Below, in pieces: positions 35,026 to 43,926 of a stretch of DNA of 64,000 nucleotides. The notes under the pieces were generated by a model. That model saw nothing but the letters and a program-made list of their open reading frames with translations. It had not been told where the DNA came from and did no database searches. The DNA comes from an uncultured Verrucomicrobiota bacterium (GTDB lineage Bacteria; Verrucomicrobiota; Kiritimatiellia; RFP12; UBA1067), in contig CAMNBZ010000001.1 of NCBI GenBank assembly GCA_946533675.1, positions 64,224 through 128,223 on the forward strand. Direction: 5' to 3'. Numbering within the stretch: position 1 is the first letter of the stretch; each line of letters opens with the position of its first letter. A program made the translations under genes and the position numbers.

Positions 35026-35754
35026 TCAGTGGCGCTTGGCGTAGATGACAAGCGCCTGCTGGAGAATCTGGCGGAGGAAGGCGCGGTCGTGCGCCTCGGT
35101 CGCGTACGGCAGCCCGCGCAGCGCCCAGTAGACGGCGGACATCTGCGGATCGGTCCAGTCGGTCACGCCGTAGGCCGTCTCGATCGCCGCCATCTTCTCC
35201 TTCTCCATGCCGAGTTCCGTCCACGCGTCGCGCGCGCGCACGTCCTCGACGATCGCGCGCCACTTCTCGCGGTACGTCGCGCCCGCCGCGTCAAGGTCGG
35301 TCCCCAGCTTCAGCTCGAAGAGCCAGGCGAGTTCGCGGCAGAGCTCCGCCGAATGCGGATTGAGCTTGAGCCCCTCGTCGCGCAGGAGCTTCATCGACGC
35401 GAGCACCCAGCGCCAGCGGTCCTCGGGCGTCGGCATCATGATCGAAATGTTGTAGGCGAGGTTCCACGCCGCGTAGCTCCACACCTCGGGCTCGTGCGGC
35501 TCCAGGAAGGTCAGCGTCGAGGCGAGCTGCGCGAGCTCCACGTACCGCCCTTCGTCCTGCAGCCGCTCGGCGCGGAACCAGACCGCCTCCGCCGCGATCG
35601 ACCGCAGCCCGCCCAGCGCGGCGATGACGCTCTCGGCCGCGACCGGCGCGGCGACGGGCCGGTGCGCGCGCAGGACGAACTGCCCCGCGACGCCCGCCGC
35701 GAAAAGCGCCGCCACGAGCGCCCAGCCCCACGCGCCGCGCCCCGCCGCCCTCAT
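35026..35754 (-). CDS. hypothetical membrane-anchored protein (242 aa)
   Basis: ATG 35752-35754 is ATGA-coupled to the antiporter stop. N-terminal TM helix WGWALVAALFAAGVAGQFVL; the helical remainder has no recognised family. Confidence 0.6.
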   Translation of the reverse strand: MRAAGRGAWGWALVAALFAAGVAGQFVLRAHRPVAAPVAAESVIAALGGLRSIAAEAVWFRAERLQDEGRYVELAQLASTLTFLEPHEPEVWSYAAWNLAYNISIMMPTPEDRWRWVLASMKLLRDEGLKLNPHSAELCRELAWLFELKLGTDLDAAGATYREKWRAIVEDVRARDAWTELGMEKEKMAAIETAYGVTDWTDPQMSAVYWALRGLPYATEAHDRAFLRQILQQALVIYAKRH

Positions 35755-37781
35755 GCCGTCACCCCCAAGAGGTCCTTGAGCGCGGCGATCTGCGCGCCCT
35801 CGCCGTAGGCGACGACGATGTCCGCGGCGCGGAAGACCCAGTCCGGCCCCGTGTTGCGGTGAAGCCGGCCGTCGCGCGTGACGCGGATGATGGTCGCGCC
35901 CGTCTTCGCGCGGATGTTGAGCTGCGCGATCGACAGGCCGATCGCGGGCGACGCCTCGGGAATCGTCAGCTGGTGGACGCGCTCGGCCGGCACCGTCAGC
36001 GTGAGCGGATTCGCCGGCAGGTCCTTGCGCCGCCGCTCGTCCGCCGTCATCGCGTCGCGGAGGCGGATTTCCGCCACGCGCGCGTTCTTGAGGAAGAAGC
36101 GCCAGCCGAAGACGCCCGCCGCCACCATGAGCGCCAGCATCACCCACCGCGCCCAGAGCTCCTCGGGATGCAGGTTCGCGTTGACCATCGTCAGCTGGAC
36201 GAACCACAGGGCGATGGACATGACGAGCGTGAAGAGCCGCACGACGGGCCGGAGCGCCTGCTGCCACGGCGCGTCGCCCGCGCCGGTCAGCACCGCCGCG
36301 AGCGCGTCGCCCGTCCGGCGCGCCGCGCGCACGACGGAGGCGAGCATGCCGACCATGAAGATGTTGAACGCGAGCGAGAAGAAGAACGTCTTGTGCGCCT
36401 CGAAGAAGGTCGACAGCGTGCGCCAGTCGCGCGCGTCGAGCATCGAGCAGACGAACGCGACGACGAAGTTGAGGACGCCGATGACGCCGAGATAGCCGAG
36501 GCCGAAACGCACCGCCTTCATCTCCGGCGAGACGCCCGCGTTGTCCCTCAGGCGCGCGAGGAGCGCGCGGTAGCCCTCCAGCGCGGCGGCGATCTTCCGC
36601 GGGCACGCGCGCTCCAGCCGGTCGCCGACGGGGTCCGAGAGGCGGATCATCAGCGGGTTGAGGAGCGTCGTCACGATCGAGACGGCCACGACGATCTGGT
36701 ACATCGGCGTGGACGTGTCGCCCGTGAGCGACACGTAGAGCATCGCCACCAGGAACGCGAACTCGCCGATCTGCGCGAGGCCGAAGCCCATCTGCACCGC
36801 CCCCTTCAGATCCTGGCCCGTGAAGAGCGCCGCGAGCGTGCAGTTGAGGAACTTGCCGACGACGACGACGAGCGAGACGATCAGGATGTCCGGCAGGTTG
36901 GCGCAGCACTGGACGGGGTCGACCAGGAGCCCGATCGACACGAAGAAGACGGCCGCGAACATCGCCTTGAGCGGCTCGACGAAGCGCACGAGCCGGTGGT
37001 GGACGTCGCTCGACGCGCCGATGACGCCGACGAGGAACGCGCCCAGCGCGAGCGAGAAGTTGAAGATGTAGGCGATGTAGCTGACGAAGAAGCAGCAGCC
37101 GAGCACCGTCAGGATCAGCGTCTCGTCGTCGCCGAACCGGGCGATGGACTTGAGGAGGCGCGGGATCAGCACGAAGCCGAAGACGAGCGTGCCGAGGAAG
37201 AACATGAGCAGCCCCCCGAGCGACAGCGACACCGCGCCGACCGACACGCCCTGGCCCGTCGCGAAGCCGGTGATGACGGCGAGGATGACGACTGTGACGA
37301 TGTCCTCGCAGACCGACGTGCCGAGGACGTACTTGACGAACGGCCGGTCCTCCCAGCGCATCTCGCCGATGATCTTCGCCAGGAGCGTCGTCGCCGAATC
37401 GCAGATCGCCGCGCCGAGGAAGAGGCTCGGCGCCACGCCCCAGCCGAAGCAGTTGCGCCCGACGGTATAGCCGAGCCACACCATGACGATCGTGTCCCAG
37501 ATGGCCGCCGGCACCGTGACGCGCCCGAGCTTCTTCATCTGCGAGGGCGAGAAGTCGAGCCCCATCGCGAACATGAGGAAGACGACGCCGAGCTGGCCGA
37601 TCGTCTGGACGGACGACTCGTCCGCGAGGAACGAGCCGCCCCACGTGTGGCGCGACATCAGGACGCCCGCGAGGATGTAGCCGAGCGCCTTGGGCCACTT
37701 GAGGCGCGAGCACACGACAGACGCAAGACCTGCCACTGCCATGAGCAGCGCCAGGTCCTGGAAAAACGCGCCTTCCGTCAT
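35751..37781 (-). CDS. monovalent cation:proton antiporter-2 (CPA2/Kef-type) with C-terminal RCK_C (TrkA-C) domain
   Basis: ALGYILAGVLMS..GQLGVVFLMFAMGLDFS. Roughly 12-13 TM helices. C-terminal AQLNIRAKTGATIIRVTRDGRL..ADIVVAYGEGAQI. Confidence 0.85.
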   Translation of the reverse strand: MTEGAFFQDLALLMAVAGLASVVCSRLKWPKALGYILAGVLMSRHTWGGSFLADESSVQTIGQLGVVFLMFAMGLDFSPSQMKKLGRVTVPAAIWDTIVMVWLGYTVGRNCFGWGVAPSLFLGAAICDSATTLLAKIIGEMRWEDRPFVKYVLGTSVCEDIVTVVILAVITGFATGQGVSVGAVSLSLGGLLMFFLGTLVFGFVLIPRLLKSIARFGDDETLILTVLGCCFFVSYIAYIFNFSLALGAFLVGVIGASSDVHHRLVRFVEPLKAMFAAVFFVSIGLLVDPVQCCANLPDILIVSLVVVVGKFLNCTLAALFTGQDLKGAVQMGFGLAQIGEFAFLVAMLYVSLTGDTSTPMYQIVVAVSIVTTLLNPLMIRLSDPVGDRLERACPRKIAAALEGYRALLARLRDNAGVSPEMKAVRFGLGYLGVIGVLNFVVAFVCSMLDARDWRTLSTFFEAHKTFFFSLAFNIFMVGMLASVVRAARRTGDALAAVLTGAGDAPWQQALRPVVRLFTLVMSIALWFVQLTMVNANLHPEELWARWVMLALMVAAGVFGWRFFLKNARVAEIRLRDAMTADERRRKDLPANPLTLTVPAERVHQLTIPEASPAIGLSIAQLNIRAKTGATIIRVTRDGRLHRNTGPDWVFRAADIVVAYGEGAQIAALKDLLGVTA

Positions 37782-37811
37782 TGCCGTGTGAACGCGCTCA
37801 GCGTGCGTGAC

Positions 37812-38921
37812 TTACTTGACGACCTTGCGGCCGCCCCAGCCCGCGCTCGCCGCGTTGCCCTTCGCCGCCTCGTGCGGACGGAGCGAGCGGACCGCCGCGC
37901 CGGCGAGCCACATCTCGTGGTTGTGGAGCTCTTCGAGCTTCTTGAGCATCTTCTCCTTGTAGTCGGCGCAGCCGGTGTCCTTGATGACCTCCTTCGCCTC
38001 CTGCATGGTCTTGACGCTCTTGTAGAGCTTGGCGAAGACGGGCAGCGTCGCCTTCTTGAAGATCGGGCGCCACTTGAGCGCGCCGTGCTGCGCCGTCTGC
38101 GAGCAGTTGCCGTACATCCAGTCCATGCCGTTCTCGTCCACGAGGCGGATGAGCGACTGCGTCAGCTCCTCGCACGTCTCGTTGAACGCCTCCGACGGGC
38201 TGTGGCCGTTCGCGCGCAGCGTCTCGAACTGCGCCTCCATCACGCCCGCAAGCGCACCCATCAGGATGCCGCGCTCGCCGACGAGATCGCTCGTCACCTC
38301 GTTCTGGAAGGTGGTCGGGAAGAGATAGCCCGAGCCGACGCCGATGCCGATCGCCTTGGTGACGTCCTCGACGACCTTCGCCTTCATGCCGTTGGGCTCG
38401 AACGCATACGAGCTGTTGATGCCCGCGCCCGAGAGGAAGTTGCGGCGCACGCTCGTGCCCGAGCCCTTCGGCGCGACCATGATGATGCCGACGCCCTTCT
38501 GGGGCTTGATGCCGGTGAGCTTGTTGTAGACGTAGCCGAAGCCGTGCGAGAAATAGAGGAACTTGCCGGGCGTGACGTACTTCTCGATCTTCTTCCACAC
38601 CTCGGGGCAGGAACCGTCGGAGACGAGCATCATGATGATGTCGCCCTTCTGTGCGGCCTCCTCGAGCGAGAAGAGCGTCTTGCCCTCGACCCAGCCGTCC
38701 TTCTTGGCGCGGTTCCACGAGCTGTTGGCCTTCGTGCTCTTGCGCTGGCCGACGATGACGTTGAGGCCGTTGTCGCGCATGTTGAGCGCCTGGCCGGGGC
38801 CCTGGATGCCGTAGCCCAGGACGGCGATCGTCTTGCCCTTGAGGACCTTCTGCGCCTTTTCAAGCGGAAACTCCTTGCGGGTCGTGATGTTTTCTGCGAC
38901 TGTACCGAACTTGATCTTCAT
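37812..38921 (-). CDS. ilvC: ketol-acid reductoisomerase
   Basis: KGKTIAVLGYGIQGPGQALNMRDNGLNVIVGQR..SHGFG..FQNEVTSDLVGERG. Confidence 0.9.
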   Translation of the reverse strand: MKIKFGTVAENITTRKEFPLEKAQKVLKGKTIAVLGYGIQGPGQALNMRDNGLNVIVGQRKSTKANSSWNRAKKDGWVEGKTLFSLEEAAQKGDIIMMLVSDGSCPEVWKKIEKYVTPGKFLYFSHGFGYVYNKLTGIKPQKGVGIIMVAPKGSGTSVRRNFLSGAGINSSYAFEPNGMKAKVVEDVTKAIGIGVGSGYLFPTTFQNEVTSDLVGERGILMGALAGVMEAQFETLRANGHSPSEAFNETCEELTQSLIRLVDENGMDWMYGNCSQTAQHGALKWRPIFKKATLPVFAKLYKSVKTMQEAKEVIKDTGCADYKEKMLKKLEELHNHEMWLAGAAVRSLRPHEAAKGNAASAGWGGRKVVK

Positions 38922-38957
38922 TTCTGCCTGTTCCTTGTGTGAGAACGTGATAACTGC

Positions 38958-38974
38958 GTATTATATCATAAATT
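38958..38974 (-). promoter_or_regulatory. extended -10 promoter (TTATGATATAATAC) for ilvC
   Basis: About 38 nt upstream of the ilvC ATG. TGATATAAT. Confidence 0.5.
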
Positions 38975-39005
38975 CCCGCCTGCGGCGGCGCAGGAAAAGC
39001 GATTT

Positions 39006-39641
39006 TCACACCGCGTAGACGATGTCGGCGGGCGGCGGCGCGGCAAATTCGACGCGGCGGCCCGTCACGGGATGGCGGAACGCGAGCGCCACGGCGTGGA
39101 GGAGCGTGCGCGCCGGCCTCACGCGCAGCCGCGCATCCTTCTCGCGCGCGCCGTAGAGCGGATCGCCGACGATCGGCGCGCCCAGCTCGCGCGCGTGGAT
39201 GCGGATCTGGTGCATCCGGCCCGTCTCGATCCTGAACTCGACGAGCGCCAGGCCGTTCTTCCGGCCGAGCACCGTCCAGTGCGAGACGGCGCGCAGCCGC
39301 GCACGCCCGACGGGCGACGTGATCGTTCCCTGCGCCGGACGCGGCGCGCCGTGCAGGACGGCGAGATACGTCTTCTCCACCGTGTCGTGGCGCTCGAACT
39401 GGCGGCGGAGCGCAAGGTACGCATCCTGCGTCTTCGCGAGCACCATCACGCCGCTCGTGTCGGCATCGAGCCGGTGCACGACGCCCGGCCGTTCGACGCT
39501 GCCGACCGCCCGCGCCGCCGGGCAGCGCCGCGTGAAGGCATCCGTCAGCGTGCCCGTCTCGTGGCCGGGCGACGGATGGACGTACTGCCCCGCCGGCTTG
39601 TTCACGACCAGGATCGCGTCATCTTCGAAAATTACATCCAT
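39006..39641 (-). CDS. RluA-family pseudouridine synthase
   Basis: MDVIFEDDAILVVNKPAG..HRLDADTSGVMVLAKT..GRMHQIRIH. ATG 39639-39641 overlaps the upstream stop; the longer track ORF N-terminus is rejected. Confidence 0.85.
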   Translation of the reverse strand: MDVIFEDDAILVVNKPAGQYVHPSPGHETGTLTDAFTRRCPAARAVGSVERPGVVHRLDADTSGVMVLAKTQDAYLALRRQFERHDTVEKTYLAVLHGAPRPAQGTITSPVGRARLRAVSHWTVLGRKNGLALVEFRIETGRMHQIRIHARELGAPIVGDPLYGAREKDARLRVRPARTLLHAVALAFRHPVTGRRVEFAAPPPADIVYAV

Positions 39642-40720
39642 ATCCCCAGCTCCGCCAGCGGTTCGCGGACGAACGCGCGCGCCTTCGCGCGCGGGTGCGG
39701 CAGCGTCAGCTCCGGCGTGTTCAGCCGCAGGCCGCCGAAGTCGATCAGGTCGAGGTCGATCGTGCGCGGCCCGTTGCGGACCGTGCGCACGCGGCCGAGC
39801 GCGTCTTCGATCGCGTGCATCCGCCGCGCGAACGCGAGCGGCTCCAGCGCCGTCTCGAAGACGGCGACCTGGTTCAGAAATTTCAGCGCGGCGAATGCCG
39901 GCGGCACGTCGACGGGCTCCGTCTCGATGACCGACGACGCGGCGACAAGGCGCGTCAGCGGCAGCGCCGCGAGCGCCGCGCACGCACGCGAGAGGTAATC
40001 GCGCCGCGGCTCGATGTTGCTGCCGAGCGAGACGATCGCGCGCACCGTCGCGGCCGCGCCGTAGCCGACGCCGCGCACCGTCCGGATGGCGTCGCCCGCC
40101 GCGCCCAGCTTCTCCCGCAACCGCGCCATCGCCATCGACAGCGTGTTGTCCGCCACGTCGCGGTCCGCGCCCCAGAATTTCGTCATGAGCGCATCGCGGT
40201 TGAACACCTCGCCGGGATGCGCCGCGAAAAGGCGCAGGATCGCGACCTCCTTTTCCGTGAGCGCCGCCGTGCCGCCGTCCGCCGCGACCATCCGCAGGGC
40301 GGCCGGCTCCACGCGCCAGCCGTGGAACGCAAACTCGCCGCAGCCGCCGCCGGTGCGCCGGAGCGCGGCGGCGAGGCGCGCGAGCCAGACCGATTCCGAC
40401 GCCGACTTGGAGATGAAGTCGTCCGCGCCCGCGCCGAGAGCGCGCACCTCGTCCGCCTCGGCGTCCTTCGCCGTCAGGAAGAGGATCGGCGTGGCGGCGT
40501 CGGTCGCGCGCACGGCCCGGCAGACGTCGTAGCCGTTCATCTTCGGCATCATCACGTCAAGAAGAAGGAGGTCGGGCCGCCGGTCGCGGTAGAGCCGGAG
40601 CGCCGCTTCGCCGTCGGCCGCCGCGCGCACGTCGTAGCCCGCGCGCGCCAGCAGCGCCGCGAGCGCGCGCCGCAGCGTGCGGTCGTCTTCCGCGAGGAGG
40701 ATGTCCGGGCGCGGCGTCAC
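39632..40720 (-). CDS. fusion protein: OmpR-type response regulator (REC + winged helix) :: HPPK (FolK)
   Basis: REC: ILLAEDD..LLLLDVMMPKMNGYD..LFLTAKD..ADDFISKS. wHTH: LTEKEVAILRLF..IRTVRGVGY. This runs without a stop into AIVSLGSNIEP..VIETEPVD..FLNQVAVFET..GPRTIDLDLI..LPHPR (HPPK). GTG start in a GTGA overlap. Confidence 0.8.
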   Translation of the reverse strand: MTPRPDILLAEDDRTLRRALAALLARAGYDVRAAADGEAALRLYRDRRPDLLLLDVMMPKMNGYDVCRAVRATDAATPILFLTAKDAEADEVRALGAGADDFISKSASESVWLARLAAALRRTGGGCGEFAFHGWRVEPAALRMVAADGGTAALTEKEVAILRLFAAHPGEVFNRDALMTKFWGADRDVADNTLSMAMARLREKLGAAGDAIRTVRGVGYGAAATVRAIVSLGSNIEPRRDYLSRACAALAALPLTRLVAASSVIETEPVDVPPAFAALKFLNQVAVFETALEPLAFARRMHAIEDALGRVRTVRNGPRTIDLDLIDFGGLRLNTPELTLPHPRAKARAFVREPLAELGIWM

Positions 40721-40980
40721 GCGTTCGCGGTCGTGTCGTTCAGGGCCCGCAGCGTCTGCGCCAGCGATTCGATCAGCTCCCGGGACTCGAACCGGTCGAT
40801 GTAGCCGTCGCCCAGGAAGCGCGTCAGCTTCTCGATCGCGAACGCGAACTCGTCGCCGCGCTGATGCTCTTCGAGCCAGCGCTTCACCGCGTGCGCTTCG
40901 TCCGTTTCGATGCGCGAATCCTGAAGGATGCCCTTGGTCAGGAGCCAGAATTCGTCGTGCAGTTCTTTTTGCGTCATCAT
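40717..40980 (-). CDS. small hypothetical protein (87 aa)
   Basis: MMTQKELHDEFWLLTKGILQDSRIETDEAHAVKRWLEEHQRGDEFAFAIEKL... Coupled at both ends (ATGA upstream, GTGA downstream). Confidence 0.55.
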   Translation of the reverse strand: MMTQKELHDEFWLLTKGILQDSRIETDEAHAVKRWLEEHQRGDEFAFAIEKLTRFLGDGYIDRFESRELIESLAQTLRALNDTTANA

Positions 40981-41639
40981 TGTTCGTTTTCCTTTTCGGG
41001 GTGTGAAGAGGCCGGCGGTTCGGTCACGGCGTGTGCGATGTAGACGAAGACGGGGCGGTCGCTTTCGAGCGTCACCGTGCGCGCCGACGCGCGGTTCAGG
41101 GTGGCCGTGTAGAGCGTGCGGAAGGCGACGCCCGCGAGCGGCCAGACGAGGCCCGTCGACGTCATGCGCGTCGACGGATCGGGCGCGAAGACGGAAACCG
41201 CCGTGCCGACGGCGACGCGGAAGCGCCGCCGCCCGTCGAGCGGATGGAACGTGCCGAAATCGGTGACGACCGGCAGCCCCGCCTCCAGCGCGCGGAAGAT
41301 GTTGCCGAGCGTGTGGTCCTCGCGCTTCCCGGTCGCGCCGACGATCACGAGGTTGCGCCAGCCCTGCGCGCGGCAGTAGGCGACGGCCTTGGCGAGATCG
41401 TTGTCGTCCTGCTCCGCGACGCGCACGCACGTTGCGCCGCGCGGCGGCCGGCCCTTGAGCGAATCGAGGTCGCCGATCGTCACGTCGGGCGCGCGGCGGA
41501 AGCGGCGTCGGTACGCGTCCGCGGCGCCGTCGCAGGCGACGACCCGCCGGGCGGCGGCGAGCGCCGAAAACGCGGCGCCGCCCTTCTGCGGAAAATCGCC
41601 GTTGGCGAGGATGACTGTCGTCTGCCGCTTCGTTCTCAT
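40977..41639 (-). CDS. thiN: thiamine diphosphokinase
   Basis: TIGDLDS, EQDDNDLAKA and VGATGKREDHTLGN motifs of TPK. Confidence 0.8.
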   Translation of the reverse strand: MRTKRQTTVILANGDFPQKGGAAFSALAAARRVVACDGAADAYRRRFRRAPDVTIGDLDSLKGRPPRGATCVRVAEQDDNDLAKAVAYCRAQGWRNLVIVGATGKREDHTLGNIFRALEAGLPVVTDFGTFHPLDGRRRFRVAVGTAVSVFAPDPSTRMTSTGLVWPLAGVAFRTLYTATLNRASARTVTLESDRPVFVYIAHAVTEPPASSHPEKENEQ

Positions 41640-41644
41640 GCCGG

Positions 41645-41660
41645 ATAGTCTATCATATTT
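41645..41660 (-). promoter_or_regulatory. extended -10 promoter (ATATGATAGACTAT); near-leaderless thiN transcript
   Basis: The TAGACT hexamer ends 7 nt before the thiN ATG. Confidence 0.45.
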
Positions 41661-41739
41661 CCCGCCCGCCGCGGCGCGCTCCGTCGCACTTTCTCGCAGC
41701 GCACCTCATCGGCACGCTCACATAAAACACACCGCACAA

Positions 41740-42723
41740 CTACCGCTTGAGTGCTGCAACAGCCACGGACAGGAGTGCGGCGGCGGCGATGACCTTCACG
41801 ACGCCGAGTCTGTTCCAAAAGACGAGCGCGGCCGCCGCGAGCGCCAGCACCGCGCCGAACGGATCGAGCATCTTCGCAAACGACACGACCGCGAGCGTCA
41901 TCATCACGATCGTAAAGACGCGGATCACCGTCATCAGCCCCTTCACCGCCGCGCGGTCGCGGAAGCGGTCGAGGAGGCTCAGCGCGAGCGAGAGAATCAC
42001 GAACCCCGGCACGATCAGGCACGCCGTCGACACGAGCGCGCCGCAGACGCCGAAGAGCCGATAGCCGAAATACGTCGCCGCGTTGATGCCGATCGGCCCC
42101 GGCGTCATCTGCGTCAGCGCCATCAGGTTCGCGAACTCCTCGGCGGGAATCTGCAGATAGGCGGCGTCAGGCCCGACGAAGTCCTGCAGATAGAGCGGCA
42201 CGAGCACGTAGCCGCCGCCGAACGCGACGAGGCCGTACTTCAGGAAGATCAGCGCAGCGAGCGGCGACGCGCCGAACCGCCGCGCACCGCGCGCGCACAG
42301 CTCGCGCACGTCCTGGACGAAGCGCCGGCAGCTCTTGGCCAGCATCGCGAGAATAACGCCCGTCAGCGCCGCGCGCAGGCCGCCGAACGCCGCCACGAGG
42401 TAGCGGTTGTCGAGCGGGATCGCGTCGTAACCCATCGACACGGCCGTGAAAATGAGGATGCTCGGCAGCGCCACGCCCGCCACCGCCACGAGCGACCCGG
42501 TGACGCCCGCGACACGCCGCCCGACGTAGACCGCGCTGTGCGCCGCCATGATGCCCGGCACCATCTGGAAGAGCGCGAGCTGGTCGAGAAGCTCGCCTTC
42601 CTTCAGCCAGCGGCGCTTTTTCGAAAAGACCTCCTCCGCGACCGAAATGATCGCGTAGCCGCCGCCCACGACGAAGAGCGCGATGCGGAACATGTCGAAG
42701 AACAGCGTCGCCAGTTTCTTCAT
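41740..42723 (-). CDS. chrA: chromate transporter (ChrA/CHR family)
   Basis: FRIALFVVGGGYAIISV..LALFQMVPGIMA and a second half LKYGLVAFGGGYVLVPL..LTQMTPGPIGIN. ATG 42721-42723 is ATGA-coupled. Confidence 0.85.
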   Translation of the reverse strand: MKKLATLFFDMFRIALFVVGGGYAIISVAEEVFSKKRRWLKEGELLDQLALFQMVPGIMAAHSAVYVGRRVAGVTGSLVAVAGVALPSILIFTAVSMGYDAIPLDNRYLVAAFGGLRAALTGVILAMLAKSCRRFVQDVRELCARGARRFGASPLAALIFLKYGLVAFGGGYVLVPLYLQDFVGPDAAYLQIPAEEFANLMALTQMTPGPIGINAATYFGYRLFGVCGALVSTACLIVPGFVILSLALSLLDRFRDRAAVKGLMTVIRVFTIVMMTLAVVSFAKMLDPFGAVLALAAAALVFWNRLGVVKVIAAAALLSVAVAALKR

Positions 42724-43190
42724 ATCGCCAGAATGAGCGCCAGATTCGCGCACGCCACCGCGTCATACAGCCCGTCGTGCCACGTGCGCGCGTCGATCTG
42801 CGGCACGCAGCCGAACATTTCGCACAGATCCCCCAGCCGGTAGCTCGGCAGACGCGGATAGCGCGCCTTGGCGAGCTTCAGCGTGTCGACCCACGGCCCC
42901 CATTTCGTGAGCGGCGCGACGCGCGTCAGGATCGTCTTTTCGCAGGCGATGTTGTGCGCGACGAGCCGCGCGCCCAGGAGCTTCGGCGCCCACGTCTCGA
43001 AGGAACTGCCGAGCGTCCCGAGCGCATCCGGCTCGTGCGCGCGCGGCGGCGCGCCCTCGACGTCGAAGAACCATTCGCCCGTCTCGACGAGGACGCCGTT
43101 TTCGACGCGCGCGAACCCGAGCTGCCACGGCTCGTTCACGCCGCCGCCCTCGTAGCCCGTCGTCTCGAAATCGATCGCCAGGAAGTTCAT
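42720..43190 (-). CDS. DEDDh 3'-5' exonuclease (DnaQ/epsilon-like)
   Basis: MNFLAIDFETTG (Exo I), VAHNIACEKTIL (Exo II), WHDGLYDA (Exo III). ATGA-coupled to the folP stop. Confidence 0.8.
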   Translation of the reverse strand: MNFLAIDFETTGYEGGGVNEPWQLGFARVENGVLVETGEWFFDVEGAPPRAHEPDALGTLGSSFETWAPKLLGARLVAHNIACEKTILTRVAPLTKWGPWVDTLKLAKARYPRLPSYRLGDLCEMFGCVPQIDARTWHDGLYDAVACANLALILAI

Positions 43191-43924
43191 GATGCGGCGA
43201 CGGCCGTCGTTCCGTTCCCGCGCAGCGCGGCCAAGACCTTGAGCGCCTGCACCGTTTCGCGCACGTCGTGGACGCGGACGACACTTGCGCCCTGAAGTGC
43301 CGCCCACACCGCGATTGTGAGATTGCCGGCGAGATCCTTTCCGGGGACCTTCTCGCCGGTGAGCCGCTTGACGATCCGCTTGCGGCTCGCGCCGATCAGG
43401 ACGCGCCCTTTTTTCGCGAGCTCCGGTATCGACTGAAGAATCGCCAAGTCCTCCTCGCGCGTCGTCCCAAACCCGATCATCGGGTCCAGATAGAGGGGGA
43501 CAGACCCCAAATCCGTGGGGACAGACCCCAAAGATTTTGCCGGAATGACAAGTTCTGCGCCGTTTTTCGCGCAAATCTTCAACATATCCAAAACCGGCTC
43601 GGAATAGACGCAGTTGACGATCCGCGCGCCGAGCGCCACGGCGCGCGCCGCCGTTTCGGGGTGGTACGTGTCGATGGAGATGGGGACAGACCCCGCGACG
43701 AGCGGGGACAGACCCCGCAAAACGGGCTCGATGCGCGCCCATTCCTCCTCCCAGCCGATCGGCGTCGCGCCGGGGCGCGTCGATTCGCCGCCCAGGTCGA
43801 TGATGTCCGCGCCGTCCGCAATCAGGTTGCGTGCGCGGCGGATCGCCTCCTCGGGCTTGTTGAACTTTCCGCCGTCGGAGAACGAGTCCGGCGTGACGTT
43901 GACGATACCCATGACCTGGCACAT
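43187..43924 (-). CDS. folP: dihydropteroate synthase
   Basis: MGIVNVTPDSFSDGG..IIDLGGESTRPGA..ISIDTYHPE..LDPMIGFG..GASRKR. Start at ATG 43922-43924 or 43910-43912. Confidence 0.9.
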   Translation of the reverse strand: MCQVMGIVNVTPDSFSDGGKFNKPEEAIRRARNLIADGADIIDLGGESTRPGATPIGWEEEWARIEPVLRGLSPLVAGSVPISIDTYHPETAARAVALGARIVNCVYSEPVLDMLKICAKNGAELVIPAKSLGSVPTDLGSVPLYLDPMIGFGTTREEDLAILQSIPELAKKGRVLIGASRKRIVKRLTGEKVPGKDLAGNLTIAVWAALQGASVVRVHDVRETVQALKVLAALRGNGTTAVAAS

Positions 43925-43926
43925 GC

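Noticed and set aside
39642-39983. N-terminal 114-aa extension of the RluA ORF. Similar long N-terminal extensions occur on 27327..30053, 30580..31557, 35026..37713, 42720..43922, 57995..58789 and 61884..63353.
   Set aside because: The extensions are Arg/Ala/Gly-rich and overlap the 3' ends of upstream genes in other frames. Internal ATGs coincide with ATGA coupling, signal peptides or canonical N-termini.
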